A DNA stretch of 64,000 bases, taken from assembly GCA_963748015.1 (NCBI GenBank), contig CAVVHE010000008.1:288001-352000 (forward strand). The letters are read 5' to 3'. The notes under the pieces are model-generated. The model was not told where the DNA came from. It saw nothing but the letters and a program-made list of their open reading frames with translations, and ran no database searches. This document shows, piece after piece, positions 9,290-19,403 of this stretch. Each line of letters opens with the position of its first letter. The stretch's first letter is position 1. The position numbers and the translations under genes were made by a program. Source of the stretch: Terriglobia bacterium. Its GTDB lineage: Bacteria > Acidobacteriota > Polarisedimenticolia > Polarisedimenticolales > JAIQFR01.

Positions 9290-10537
9290 GTGCAGGCGGA
9301 GAGAGGGGAGAACGCCCTGGACCGGACGACAGCGGCGACAGTGCCGGGCCGGACTCGTCCCACGCTAGGCCGGGGCACCGGGGGCCTTTGCGCGCTCCTT
9401 CTCCTGGTCGGCTCCGCGCAGGCGGCGACCGATCCGGCAGCGAGCGGACTGTTCAGCTCCGGAAAGCTGACGATCTCGATCCCCGCGACGCAGGGGAGCG
9501 TGCTGACGACGGACGTCCACTACCCCAAGACCGCGTCCGGCGAGGTGGAACCCGCGGCGGGGCTCTGCCCCGTGGTCGTGTTCGGCCACGGCTTCTCGCG
9601 GTCCAAAGAGCAATACGTCAACGTCGGCGCGCACCTGGCGACGCGGGGATTCATCACGATCATTCCCAACTTCTCGGGCTCGGACCACGGCAAGAACGCG
9701 GACGACCTGGTGGTCATGATCGACTGGATCCTCGCCCGCAACTCGGATCCGGCTTCGATCTTCTACGGGCGCGTGGATCCTACGGCGATCGGCAGCTCCG
9801 GCCACTCCGCCGGCGGCTTGAGCGCGATCGTCGCCGCCTCGCGCGACCAGAGGGTCCGGGCGACGGCCCCACGCGATCCGGTGGACAGCAACGGGCTGGG
9901 GGTCGGCGCCCTGGCCAGCGTCCACGTCCCCGTGGCCATCACCTACTCCGAGGACAGCTCCTGCAACGCCAACGGGAGCGCCCGCGCCCTCTACGCCGCC
10001 GCGCAGGCCCCCAAGCGGGGCGTCAAGGTCGTCAACGGGACGCACTGCGATCCGGAGGACCCGACGAACTTCCTCTGCACGCTGGTCTGCGGCGCCGCCA
10101 ACGCGGCTCGCCAGGCGCTCTACCGAAGGTACACGACCGGCTGGTTCGAGTACTACCTGCGCTGCGACGCGAGCTACGAGCCGTGGGTCTACGGCGCGCA
10201 GGCGCAGGCGGACGCGGCGGCCGGCCTGATCACGTTCGACGTCGCCCCGAACCCGCCCGCCTCGCAGCCTTGCGGAACGGTGGGCCCGCCTCCGGAAGTC
10301 CAGGACCTGATGGTGAGCCGCAGCGGTGGCGACATCGCGCTGGCGTGGGCTCCTGTGGCCGCGAATCCGGCCGTCACGTCGTACCGGGTCTACCGGTCCG
10401 CCTCCAGCGACTTCGTCGACCCCGCCCTCGCCGGGACCGTCTCGGGGACGACCTTCACCGAGCCGCTCGCCTCGTCCCCCTCGATGGCCTTCTTCAAGGT
10501 TGCAGCCGTCAACCCGAGCGGAGAAGGCCCTCGTTGA
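9290..10537 (+). CDS. Secreted alpha/beta hydrolase (chlorophyllase/cutinase-like) with a C-terminal FnIII-like domain
   Basis: Signal peptide LLLLVGSAQA; VVFGHGF; GHSAGG; DPVD; GTHCDPED. The true start may be slightly downstream. Confidence 0.8.
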   Translation: MQAERGENALDRTTAATVPGRTRPTLGRGTGGLCALLLLVGSAQAATDPAASGLFSSGKLTISIPATQGSVLTTDVHYPKTASGEVEPAAGLCPVVVFGHGFSRSKEQYVNVGAHLATRGFITIIPNFSGSDHGKNADDLVVMIDWILARNSDPASIFYGRVDPTAIGSSGHSAGGLSAIVAASRDQRVRATAPRDPVDSNGLGVGALASVHVPVAITYSEDSSCNANGSARALYAAAQAPKRGVKVVNGTHCDPEDPTNFLCTLVCGAANAARQALYRRYTTGWFEYYLRCDASYEPWVYGAQAQADAAAGLITFDVAPNPPASQPCGTVGPPPEVQDLMVSRSGGDIALAWAPVAANPAVTSYRVYRSASSDFVDPALAGTVSGTTFTEPLASSPSMAFFKVAAVNPSGEGPR

Positions 10538-10856
10538 CCGCGCGGAGAGCGGTCGCCGGCGAAGCAGGCGCTGGCCTCCGCGCCACTCCGTGCCGGAAAT
10601 GGCCGACAGGGCCCTTGCGTCCGGTCGCGGTTTCGTCGATCACGAGGTAGCGGAGCCCGCTCCGGGAGCTGTCCAGGACTCGTCGGTCGCGAAGGCCAGC
10701 GCTTCCTCGGTGTCCTACGGCCCCACGAGGATGTCCCGGAACACGTCGCCGATGATGTCGTAGCGGTCGATGAAGCGCGCGACGTGCTGCTCGGCGGACC
10801 GTCGAAGCCGAATCGCGAACGCCGACGCGGTCGGTGGGCGCGCTCGCCCGCTCGAC

Positions 10857-11468
10857 CTACGTCTCCAGGACCATCCGGCTCTGGCAGCGGTCGTTTCCCT
10901 CCATCAGCGTCTTCCCGGAGTGCGTCACGCGGATCTTCGGGTTGAAGGCCTTCGTCGCGGCGGCGTCGGGATAGCACACGTACGCGTAGCCGATGTCGGC
11001 GGCGTTGGCGCCGCGGAAGGTCTTCGCCCAGAGGCATTCGGTCACGCGGACCTCGAAGGCCGTCGGCTTGTCCTCGAGGACCTCGTAGCTCAGCGCGTGC
11101 CGGTACAGCGGGTTCGGCTTCCGCATTTCCGCGGTCCACGTCTCGAGGTCGCGCTTGTCGAGGCTCTTCGTCCATTCCTTGACCGCTTGCTCGCCGGCCT
11201 TCGCGCTCGCCCTCTTGAGCAGCTCGACGAGCTTGTCCCGGCCGAGCTCCTCGCCCAGCGCCTTCATCGTCGGGATGAACGACTCGAGGTAGAACATCTT
11301 GAACATCTCGTCGTACGACATCTCGACGGGTGCGGCGGAATTGCCCTTCACGGGCTCGATCGCGGCGAAGACGCCCGGGCAGGCGAGGCACGCGAGCGCG
11401 CCGGCGGGAAGGAATCGCGTGAGAATCACCCGCCGGTCAGGGAGGAGCGTGAGGGTGTCCTTGTCCAT
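10857..11468 (-). CDS. L-2-amino-thiazoline-4-carboxylic acid hydrolase family protein with a Tat-like signal
   Basis: VTECLWAKTF...IGYAYVCYPD...FNPKIRVT..KTLMEGNDRC; N-terminal DRRVIL. Confidence 0.8.
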   Translation of the reverse strand: MDKDTLTLLPDRRVILTRFLPAGALACLACPGVFAAIEPVKGNSAAPVEMSYDEMFKMFYLESFIPTMKALGEELGRDKLVELLKRASAKAGEQAVKEWTKSLDKRDLETWTAEMRKPNPLYRHALSYEVLEDKPTAFEVRVTECLWAKTFRGANAADIGYAYVCYPDAAATKAFNPKIRVTHSGKTLMEGNDRCQSRMVLET

Positions 11469-11705
11469 GTCCGCCTCCTTTCGATCCGGGGATGGATCGA
11501 CATTTCCATCGCGGGACCCTGCTGGGAGGCCGTGCCCGGGGGTGTCCCCTGCTGGGTGACGACCTCCCGTCCGTGAAGGATGGCCCCATTCTGCGCTCGT
11601 CTCCCGCTCGAGACAAGTCTCCCGAAACGCCGGTGCCGCCTTTTGGAAGCGATGGGTCGCGGGGTCGGTCGCGGGTGTCGTGCCCCCGTTCTACAATCGA
11701 CCTCC

Positions 11706-12580
11706 ATGCCATACGAGGGAGCGCTCTACCGCCCGCCGAGCGAGGCCGATTCGTACATCGTGCAGGCCACGATCGGCTGCTCGTGGAACGTGTGCACCTA
11801 CTGCGCGATGTACCGGGACAAGACGTTCCGCGTCCGGGACCTGGACGAGACGCTCGAGGACATCCGGCAGGCGGGCGCGCGCTGCGGGGAGCGAGTCGCG
11901 CAGGGTCTTCGTCGCCGACGGCGACGCCCTGGTCATGAAGCTCGAGACCTGGGAGCCGATCCTCGAGGCCTGCCGCGCGGCGTTCCCGCGCCTGCGGCGG
12001 GTCAGCGCCTACGCGACCGCCATGAACCTCCTCGAGAAGAGCGCCGACGAGCTGCGGCGCCTTCGCGAGCTCGGCCTGGGCCTGCTCTACATCGGGCCGG
12101 AGTCGGGGGACGACGTCACGCTGAAGCGGATCGTCAAGGGGGCGGACTTCGCGGGCCACGTCGAGGCCGCTCGCCGCGCGCGCGAGGCCGGGATGAGGCT
12201 GTCCGCGATCTTCCTGCTGGGGGTGGGCGGGGTCGAGCGCAGCGAGGAGCACGCGGCGGCCTCGGCGCGGCTCGCCACCGAGATGGACCCGCGCTTCCTC
12301 TCGCTCCTCACGCTCACCGTCATTCCCGGGCCTTCCGATCGCGAAGCTCGAGGGCACCGGCCGGTTCGAGCTGCCCGGGGTCGAGGGGCTCCTCCGGGAG
12401 GCGAGGACTTTCATCGCCGGGGCGGCGCCCACCGACGCCATCTTCAGGACCAACCACGCGTCGAACTACCTGCCGCTCGAAGGCCGGCTCCCCCGCGATC
12501 GCGACCGCCTGCTCGCGGTCCTGGACGCGGCCCTATCCGGCAGGATCCCGCTCCGCCCCGAATGGGCGCGCGGCCTCTGA
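11706..12580 (+). CDS. Radical SAM protein (frameshifted at ~11900 and ~12330)
   Basis: YRPPSEA...TIGCSWNVCTYCAMY (CxxxCxxC); VFVADGDAL; YIGPESGDD; FRTNHASNYLPL in successive frames. Confidence 0.85.
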
Positions 12581-12646
12581 CGGCCGGGCCAGCCCAGCCA
12601 CGCAGACTTCACGACCGCCAGGGGTGCTCGAGAAGAACGGCCCAGG

Positions 12647-13174
12647 CTACTGCGCCACCGGCTCGTCGGCCCAGTCGTCGGGATTCGCGCCCGGCTCGGG
12701 CGGGAGCTTCGCGAGCTGCTGGCGGATGAGGTCCTGGTGGACGATCTCCTCGTCGCGGAGCTCCTCGAACAGTGCCCGGACCTCGGCGTCCTGGATCCTC
12801 GGGAGCGCGGCCACGAAGAAGCGCGTACGCCTTCTCCTCGCACCGCAACGCGGCCCGCAGGGCGGCGTGGGGAGTCATGAACGCCCGCGCCTCGTCGTAG
12901 TCGGGCGCCTCGACGTCGAAGATCATCGCGCGGGACACGGTCCGGGGGTCGCTCCCGAACAGCATCGAGCGGCGCGCCGTCGAGCTCCGCCCCGTGCTTC
13001 GCCTCGTTGCCCGCCATGAAGCGGAAGAACGACGCCGCCTCCGGGGTGTGGTGGGTCTCCATCTGCGCCGCGAACTCCTGGTAGCGCTCCTTGGCCTCCT
13101 CCTCGATGAGGATGGCGAGGTCGAGCGCGTCCTTGAGGGAGAGCGTCGCGAAATCGATACCGCGTGTCGCGCAT
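12647..13174 (-). CDS. Rubrerythrin/ferritin-like protein (several frameshifts)
   Basis: ALDLAILIEEEAKERY, MAGNEAKHG, ALRCEEKAY and LRDEEIVH diiron motifs across frames. Confidence 0.8.
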
Positions 13175-13195
13175 GGCTGCGTCCTGGGGCCGCGC

Positions 13196-14091
13196 TCAGC
13201 GCTGCACGAAGAGATCGAGGATCCGCTCCCGGGGCGGCGCCTTCGGCATCATGCTCCCGCTGCCGCTGGCGGACGAGGCCGTCGAAGGTCGGCGGCGGGC
13301 TCGGGATTGCGATAGAAGACGCCCGGTGTAGAGCTTGGTGCCGTACTCGCGCGCGAGCCCCATGGCCTTGAGGAGGTCCGAGGCGTCGTGCCCCAGGCTC
13401 GCGAGCGGCGATCATCGCCGACTTGTGCGCCTTGAGCTGCTGCTCCTCCTCGCCGTAGGTGACGCAGGGAGACTGGATGTTGACGAAGGCGAATCCGGGG
13501 TAGCGGATCGCCTCCTCGATGACCGTGGCGAGCCCCGGCATGTCCGCGGGCGTCCCCTGCGCGACGAAGCCGCAGCCGTAGCCGAGCATGTACATGCAGC
13601 GGATTCACCGGCCCCTCGAGGTTGCCGAAGGGGCGACGTGACGGTCTTCGTCCCGAGCGGGGAGGTCGGCGACAGCTGGCCCTTCGTCAGGCCGTAGATC
13701 TGGTTGTCCATGACGATGTACGTCATGTCGATGTTGCGCCGGACGGCGTGCGGAACGTGGCCGCCGCCGATGGCGAAGCCGTCGCCGTCGCCGCCCGCCG
13801 CGAGCACGAGGAGGTCGGGGTTCGCGAGCCTTGATCCCCTGGGCGATCGGGCAGCGCGCGGCCGTGCACGCTGTTGAATCCGTAGGCCGTCGTGTAGCCG
13901 GGGATCCGGCTCGAGCAGCCGATGCCGGAGATGAACGCGATCTCGTGCGGGGGCCGGCCGATCGCCGCGAGCGCGCGGTAGATCGCCTGGACCACGCCGA
14001 AGTCGCCGCAGCCGGGGCACCAGATGGGCTTCAGGTCGCTCTTGTAGTCCTTCGGAGCGAGGGTGGGGAAGGAAGACGCCGTCGGGCTCAT
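13196..14091 (-). CDS. korB: 2-oxoacid:ferredoxin oxidoreductase beta subunit (frameshifted)
   Basis: WCPGCGDFG; SGIGCSSR; HGRA; GGDGDGFAIGGGH; MDNQIYGLTKGQLSPT; FVNIQSPCVTY. Confidence 0.9.
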
Positions 14092-14099
14092 GGTTCACC

Positions 14100-15893
14100 T
14101 CACTCCTGCGGCTGCAGCGTCGGCCCTTGCCCGCGCTGGAGGGTCATCGCGACGTCCCGGAGGCGGCGACTGCACCTCGCGAGGGACGGAAGGGGTTCGC
14201 GCCGCTGCGGCAGAACGGCTCGACCCCCGCCGGCACGTCGAGGTACATCCGCAGGATCCGGTAGAGCTGGCCCTGGTGCGACTGCTCGACGACGAGCCCC
14301 GCCTTCACCGACGCGAAGAAGCTCGCGGTAGACCTCCTCGGCGACGGGGTAGAGGAGGTACGGGACGAGGAGCTTCGCACGGAGCCCCTCCGCCCTGGCC
14401 TTCGCGAGCGCTTCGCGGCAGACTCCGGCGCTCGATCCCCAGCTCACGATCCCGAGGGGCGCGTCCGGGTCCCCCTCGACGAGGAACAGGTCCCGGCGGC
14501 GCTTCAGCGGCTCGAGCTTCTTGAACCGCTTCTCGTTCATCTTGATGTGGACGAGACCGCTCGCCGTCGGGTCTCCGTGCTCGTCGTGCTCGATCCCCGA
14601 GCCGAGGTAGTTCCCGCCCAACATGCCGGGATGGCTCACCGGGCTGATGCCGGAGTCGGTGTAGCGGAAGCGGACGTACTCGTGCAGCTCGTCGGCGGTC
14701 GGCCGGAGCCGCTCCAAGATCTCGATCTTCGACGTGTCGATCGGGTCCACGGTCTCCTTGCGCTGCGCGATCTCCTGGTCGGAGAGGACGACGACCGGGG
14801 TCTGGTAGCGCTCGGCCAGGTTGAACGCCTCGACCGTGATCGCGAACGTGTCCTCGACGCACGTCGGGGCGAGGACCGGGCGCGCGACGTCGCCGTGCGC
14901 CGAGAACGCCGCCTGGTAGAGGTCCGACTGCTCGGACTTCGTCGGGATGCCGGTCGAGGGCCCGCCGCGCTGGACGTTGATGATCACGAGCGGGAGCTCG
15001 GCGATCGTCGCCAGCCCGATGATCTCGGTCTTGAGCGACATGCCGGGGCCCGACGTCGCGGTCATGGACTTCTTTCCCGCGAACGACGCGCCCAGCGCCG
15101 CGCCGACCCCCGCGATCTCGTCCTCGGCCTGCACGAGGGCGCCGCCGTACTTCCAGATCTCGCGGCTCATGAACTGCATGACCTCGGACGAAGGCGTGAT
15201 CGGGTAGCCCCCGAAGAACTGGCAGCCCGCGAAGATCGCCGCCGCGGCGCTCATGTCGTTGCCGTCGGTGAGGAGCTTCGTGGCCGGAGGATCGATCGCG
15301 GGCTCGAGCGCGACCGGAACCTTGAGCGGGTGCTCCTTCGCGAACGCCACGCCCGCCGCGAACGCGCGCTCGTTCGCCTCGACGAGCTCGGCGCCCTTCT
15401 TGCCGAACCGCTTGCGCATCCCCTTGAGGATCCCCTCCGCGCCGATGCCCAGCCAACCCGAGAGGAGGCCGAGCACGACGGTGTTCTTCGCGCGGTCGGT
15501 CCCGGTGGTTTTCTTCGCGATCTCGCCGATGGGCACGGGAAGGACTTCCGCCGGGCTGACCCCCACGAGCGGGATCCTCGAGGGCTCCACGTTGGTGGCG
15601 GCCTCGTAGACGACCACGGTCCTGCCGCTCACAGGGAGCTCCGCTCCGAACTTCATGAAGTCGTCCCAGTTGAGCGCGACGGCGAAGTCGAGCATGCCGC
15701 CCGGGTTCAGGACGCGGCGGTTCGAGATGCGGACCCGGCACGAGGACTCGCCGCCCCGGATCTGCGAGCCGAAGCTCTTCGTCATGATCCCGTGGTAGCC
15801 CTCGAAGGCGACCGCCGCGATGAGGGCCTCGCCGGCCGTGACGATGCCGTCGCCGCCCGAGCCGGCCATTCCGATGACAAGATCGCTGCTCAT
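14100..15893 (-). CDS. korA: 2-oxoacid:acceptor oxidoreductase alpha subunit (gamma-alpha fusion; compensating frameshifts near the 3' end)
   Basis: GSGGDGIVTAG; QIRGGES; GYPITPSSE; EDEIAG; ATSGPG; QRGGPSTGIPTKSEQSD. Confidence 0.92.
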   Translation of the reverse strand: MSSDLVIGMAGSGGDGIVTAGEALIAAVAFEGYHGIMTKSFGSQIRGGESSCRVRISNRRVLNPGGMLDFAVALNWDDFMKFGAELPVSGRTVVVYEAATNVEPSRIPLVGVSPAEVLPVPIGEIAKKTTGTDRAKNTVVLGLLSGWLGIGAEGILKGMRKRFGKKGAELVEANERAFAAGVAFAKEHPLKVPVALEPAIDPPATKLLTDGNDMSAAAAIFAGCQFFGGYPITPSSEVMQFMSREIWKYGGALVQAEDEIAGVGAALGASFAGKKSMTATSGPGMSLKTEIIGLATIAELPLVIINVQRGGPSTGIPTKSEQSDLYQAAFSAHGDVARPVLAPTCVEDTFAITVEAFNLAERYQTPVVVLSDQEIAQRKETVDPIDTSKIEILERLRPTADELHEYVRFRYTDSGISPVSHPGMLGGNYLGSGIEHDEHGDPTASGLVHIKMNEKRFKKLEPLKRRRDLFLVEGDPDAPLGIVSWGSSAGVCREALAKARAEGLRAKLLVPYLLYPVAEEVYRELLRVGEGGARRRAVAPGPALPDPADVPRRAGGGRAVLPQRREPLPSLARCSRRLRDVAMTLQRGQGPTLQPQE

Positions 15894-16224
15894 GTAGACC
15901 CCTTGGCCGCCCCCGAAGTCCCGTTCGGCGGCCCCGTTCCTGGCTGCTGGGGCTGGGTAGTTTGAACGACGCGACGCCAGGGCGCAATGCCCGGCGTCCA
16001 CCGCGCGGTTTCCGGCGCGATGGTGCGCGTCCAGGACGGGACGATCGAGCCAGCAGGCTGTGGTCCGACCCCATTTCGACCGGACCTCTTCCCGCCGCCT
16101 CGACCCGCGCCGATGCGGCGATCTACTTGACCCGACGCGCAGCCGGAGGCGGCGGGACCGGGTTCCCGCCACCGACGAGGTCACCCGGCCGACCTCACTC
16201 TTTCATGGAGGCGCACCTCACTGT

Positions 16225-16258
16225 CCCCGCCGTCTCCACCTGCCAACCTGTTGAATAT
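16225..16258 (+). mobile_element. Third tmRNA-3'-like remnant with an adjacent IHF-like site
   Basis: ccccgccgtctccacc; cgccgtctccacc is identical to 17501-17513. attcaacaggttg on the minus strand has one mismatch to WATCAANNNNTTR. Confidence 0.55.
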
Positions 16259-16320
16259 ATTGCGCTTGATCTCGACGCCCGCGACGGCGTTTCCAATCTT
16301 CTTGCTTCGGAGCTTGATTA

Positions 16321-16360
16321 TCGTACTCCTACTGAGTACGATTGGACTCGAAATGAGTAC
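16321..16360 (+). promoter_or_regulatory. Putative autorepression operators of the HTH-MNT/HEPN operon
   Basis: Perfect inverted repeat tcgtactc-N5-gagtacga, and a second copy ggactc-N5-gagtac overlapping the ATG. Confidence 0.6.
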
Positions 16361-17066
16361 GGCATCGCGTGCGATCCGTCAGGAGCGAGGGTTGGCGTCC
16401 GTACTTTTCGGCCAGACGCGCCTCCGCGTACTGGGCTGGCTGTTCGGCCACCCGGACGAGGCGTTCTATCTGCGCCAGCTCGTGCGGCAGACAGGCGCCG
16501 CGCACGGCGCGGTGCAGCGCGAGCTCGCGGCGCTGACGGGCGCGGGCGTACTCCGCCGGACGGTTCAGGGGCGTCAGGTCTACTTCCAGGCGAATCGCGA
16601 ATCGCCGATCTTTACGGAATTGCAATCGCTCCTCATGAAGACGACCGGAGCCGTCGATGTGCTGCGCGATGCGTTGGCACCGCTCGCCGACCGCATCGCC
16701 GTCGCTTTCATCTTCGGCTCCGCGGCCCGCGGGGAGTTGCGCAGCGAAAGCGACATCGACCTGCTCGTCGTCGGGGATGCGTCGTTCGCGGCGGTCGCCG
16801 CCGCTCTGACAAAGGCGCAAGAGCGGCTTGGGCGGGACGTGAACCCGACGGTTTACCCGTCGGATGAATTCGCTTCGAAGATCCGCAGCGGCCACCACTT
16901 CCTGACGACCGTCTTGCAAGAGCCGCACGTGTTCATCATCGGAGGGTCGGATGAGCTTGGCGGATTGGGAGCGGAACGGCTGGCTGACGGCACACCGCAC
17001 GAGCGGAAACGAGATTCGCGACCTCCTCGCGGTGGTAGGGCGCGATCTCGCCGACAGCGAGGCTGA
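16353..17066 (+). CDS. HTH plus minimal nucleotidyltransferase (MNT) antitoxin
   Basis: N-terminal wHTH (YLRQLVRQTG...VQREL); FIFGSAARGELRSESDIDLLVVG. Confidence 0.9.
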   Translation: MSTASRAIRQERGLASVLFGQTRLRVLGWLFGHPDEAFYLRQLVRQTGAAHGAVQRELAALTGAGVLRRTVQGRQVYFQANRESPIFTELQSLLMKTTGAVDVLRDALAPLADRIAVAFIFGSAARGELRSESDIDLLVVGDASFAAVAAALTKAQERLGRDVNPTVYPSDEFASKIRSGHHFLTTVLQEPHVFIIGGSDELGGLGAERLADGTPHERKRDSRPPRGGRARSRRQRG

Positions 17067-17397
17067 AGGGCTGAGCGCTGATTGGCGCATGAACATCGCC
17101 TACAACGCGGCGTTGCAGGCTGCGACGGCGGCGCTGGCGGCGGCCGGCTATCGGGCCTCGCGGGACCAACACCACTATCGTGTGATCCAGTCGCTGCGTG
17201 AAACGCTCCGCATCGATGTGCAGACCGCCAACACCTTCGACGCCTTTCGAAAGAAGCGCAACGTCACCGGCTACGAGCGCATCGGCCTCGTCTCCGACGC
17301 CGACGCAGATGCGATGCGCGCGTTGGCCGTCAAACTCCGGGATGAGGTTGTCGCGTGGCTCAAGAAGAATCATCCCGACTTGCTGAAAGCGCCATGA
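16951..17397 (+). CDS. HEPN-domain toxin-like protein
   Basis: IAYNAALQAA...GYR...HHYRVIQSL...RKKRNVTGY (Rx4Y variant); overlaps the MNT gene. Confidence 0.8.
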   Translation: MSLADWERNGWLTAHRTSGNEIRDLLAVVGRDLADSEAEGLSADWRMNIAYNAALQAATAALAAAGYRASRDQHHYRVIQSLRETLRIDVQTANTFDAFRKKRNVTGYERIGLVSDADADAMRALAVKLRDEVVAWLKKNHPDLLKAP

Positions 17398-17487
17398 GTT
17401 CCACGAAGGCCAAGACACGCCCCCGCGTCGAACAACGACCCGGCACGGCGACAGGTGGTAGAACACGACGGTCCGGCGGCGCCGGTC

Positions 17488-17514
17488 GGAGTTCGGTTCT
17501 CGCCGTCTCCACCA
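17488..17514 (+). mobile_element. Fourth tmRNA-3'-like remnant
   Basis: ggagttcggttctcgccgtctccacca resembles gggttcgattcccgccg(c/t)ctccacca. Confidence 0.65.
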
Positions 17515-17669
17515 CGTAACCGTCGCCCCACCCAGAGAGCGCCGCCGCTCGAAGGCCGCCGTCGATCGACATCTCGCCTCGGGGCGGGTTCCTGCCAGGG
17601 TGACTCGTTCGGTACGCGTCGTGTAGCATTCGTCGGTGGCCTAGGTTCCTTGGTCCGCGAGGAGGAATC

Positions 17670-19175
17670 ATGATGCGCTCCGTCCCGAAGAAGACGTTCT
17701 CGGCTGCGATCGTGGCGTGTGCCGCGCTCCTCGTCCCGAACCCGTTCCGCGCGGCCGAGACCGACCTGGGCGATATCCGGCGGGAGATCGCGAAGCGACA
17801 CGACGACGCGGTGAAGCGACTCCAGGACTGGATCGCGGCGCCGGCGATCGCGGCCGAGAACCGAGGCTATCCGGACGGAGCGCGGCTCATGGCCCAACTC
17901 GCCCGAGAGGCCGGATTTCAACAAGCGAGCGTTATCGAGACCGACGGCAAGCCAGGGGTGTTCGCGACGCTCGACGCCGGCGCGGCCAAGACGGTCGGCC
18001 TGTACTTCATGTACGACGTCAAGCAGTTCGACCCGGCCGAGTGGACCTCGCCGCCCCTCGAGGCGCGAATCGTCGACAAGCCCGGCATCGGAAGGGTGAT
18101 CGTCGGACGGGGCTCGGTGAATCAAAAGGGACCCGAGGCGGCGTTCCTGGCGGCGCTGCACGCGATCCGAGGCGCCGGGAAGAAGTTGCCGGTGAATCTC
18201 GTGCTCGTCGCGGAGGGCGAAGAGGAAATCGGCTCGCCGCACATCGGGCAGCTCGTCCATAGGCCCGAAGTCGAGGCCGCCCTGCGAAAAACCGTCGGCG
18301 TCTTCATGCCATCGGCGGGACAGGATCTCGATGGCGTCGTCCCGGTCACCCTCGGCGGGAAGGGCATCGTCGAGCTCGAACTGGTGTCCAGCGGCGAGAC
18401 GTGGGGGCGCGGGCCGGCGAAGGACATACACTCGTCGCTGAAGGCGATGGTCGACAGCCCCGTGTGGCGCCTGGTGAAGGCGCTCGACACGCTCGTCTCG
18501 GCCGACGGGAACACCATCACGATCGACGGCTATCCCAAGCCGCGGCCGCTCACCGCCGACGAGAAGGAGATGGTCGCGGCGGCGGCGAAACGGGGCGACG
18601 AAGCCACGATGAAGGCCCAATTCGGCGTGAAGCAGTGGATCGACGACCTGCCGTGGCCGGAAGCCAACGAGCGGCTGGAGTCGCAGCCGACGGTCAACAT
18701 CGAGGGGCTCGTGGCGGGCTACACGGGACCGGGCGGCAAGACCGTCCTTCCGCACCGCGCGGCGGCGAAGCTCGACCTGCGCCTCGTGCCGGACATGAAG
18801 TTCGCGGATGCCGTCGCCGCGCTGAAGCGTCACCTCGCGAAGAGCGGGTTCGCCGACATCGAGGTGAAGGTGACCGGCGGATACGATCCGACGAGCACTC
18901 CTCCGACCGCTCCGCTGATCCAGGCGCAGGTCGCGGTACTGAAGCGCGGCGGCATCGATCCGGTGATGTGGCCGCGCAACGCCGGCTCCTATCCGGGCTA
19001 TGTCTTCACGGGGCCCCCGCTCAACCTCGCCGCCGGCCACTTCGGTCTGGGGCACGGGAGCGGGGCCCACGCGCCCGACGAGTACTACGTCATCGAGTCG
19101 ACCAACCCCAGGATCCAGGGTTTCGACGGCGCGGCGATGTCGTTCGTAGAGTATCTGTACGAACTGAGCAGGTGA
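17670..19175 (+). CDS. M20/M25/M40 family metallopeptidase, secreted
   Basis: YFMYDVKQ; GRGSVNQKG; EGEEEIGS; GAHAPDEY; signal peptide. Confidence 0.88.
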   Translation: MMRSVPKKTFSAAIVACAALLVPNPFRAAETDLGDIRREIAKRHDDAVKRLQDWIAAPAIAAENRGYPDGARLMAQLAREAGFQQASVIETDGKPGVFATLDAGAAKTVGLYFMYDVKQFDPAEWTSPPLEARIVDKPGIGRVIVGRGSVNQKGPEAAFLAALHAIRGAGKKLPVNLVLVAEGEEEIGSPHIGQLVHRPEVEAALRKTVGVFMPSAGQDLDGVVPVTLGGKGIVELELVSSGETWGRGPAKDIHSSLKAMVDSPVWRLVKALDTLVSADGNTITIDGYPKPRPLTADEKEMVAAAAKRGDEATMKAQFGVKQWIDDLPWPEANERLESQPTVNIEGLVAGYTGPGGKTVLPHRAAAKLDLRLVPDMKFADAVAALKRHLAKSGFADIEVKVTGGYDPTSTPPTAPLIQAQVAVLKRGGIDPVMWPRNAGSYPGYVFTGPPLNLAAGHFGLGHGSGAHAPDEYYVIESTNPRIQGFDGAAMSFVEYLYELSR

Positions 19176-19192
19176 GCCCGAGGCCAACCGCG

Positions 19193-19345
19193 ATGCTGCC
19201 CATCCTGCTGTCCGCGAGTCTCGTCCTTCTCGGAACCGCGGGCGGTCCGATACCCAAGAGGCTTCGCGCGGCGCCTTCCCAGGCGATCGTGGTGGGCGAC
19301 CGTGTCTACGTCGTGGACGCGGGGGACGGCGTCGGACGGCGGCTG
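19193..19345 (+). pseudogene. N-terminal fragment of an RNase Z/arylsulfatase-like MBL-fold hydrolase
   Basis: LVLLGTAGGP...SQAIVVGDRVYVVDAGDGVGRRL; ends before the HxHxDH motif. Confidence 0.75.
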
Positions 19346-19403
19346 CGCCCCGCTTACTCGACGACGACGGGATCGCGTGATCGACGGGCGAAACCAGCTT
19401 GGA

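Noticed and set aside
11706..12580. Radical SAM maturase for the Cys-rich peptide (RiPP system)
   Set aside because: It lies 7 kb away, has no SPASM/RRE domain, and the peptide has a Sec signal consistent with disulfide folding.
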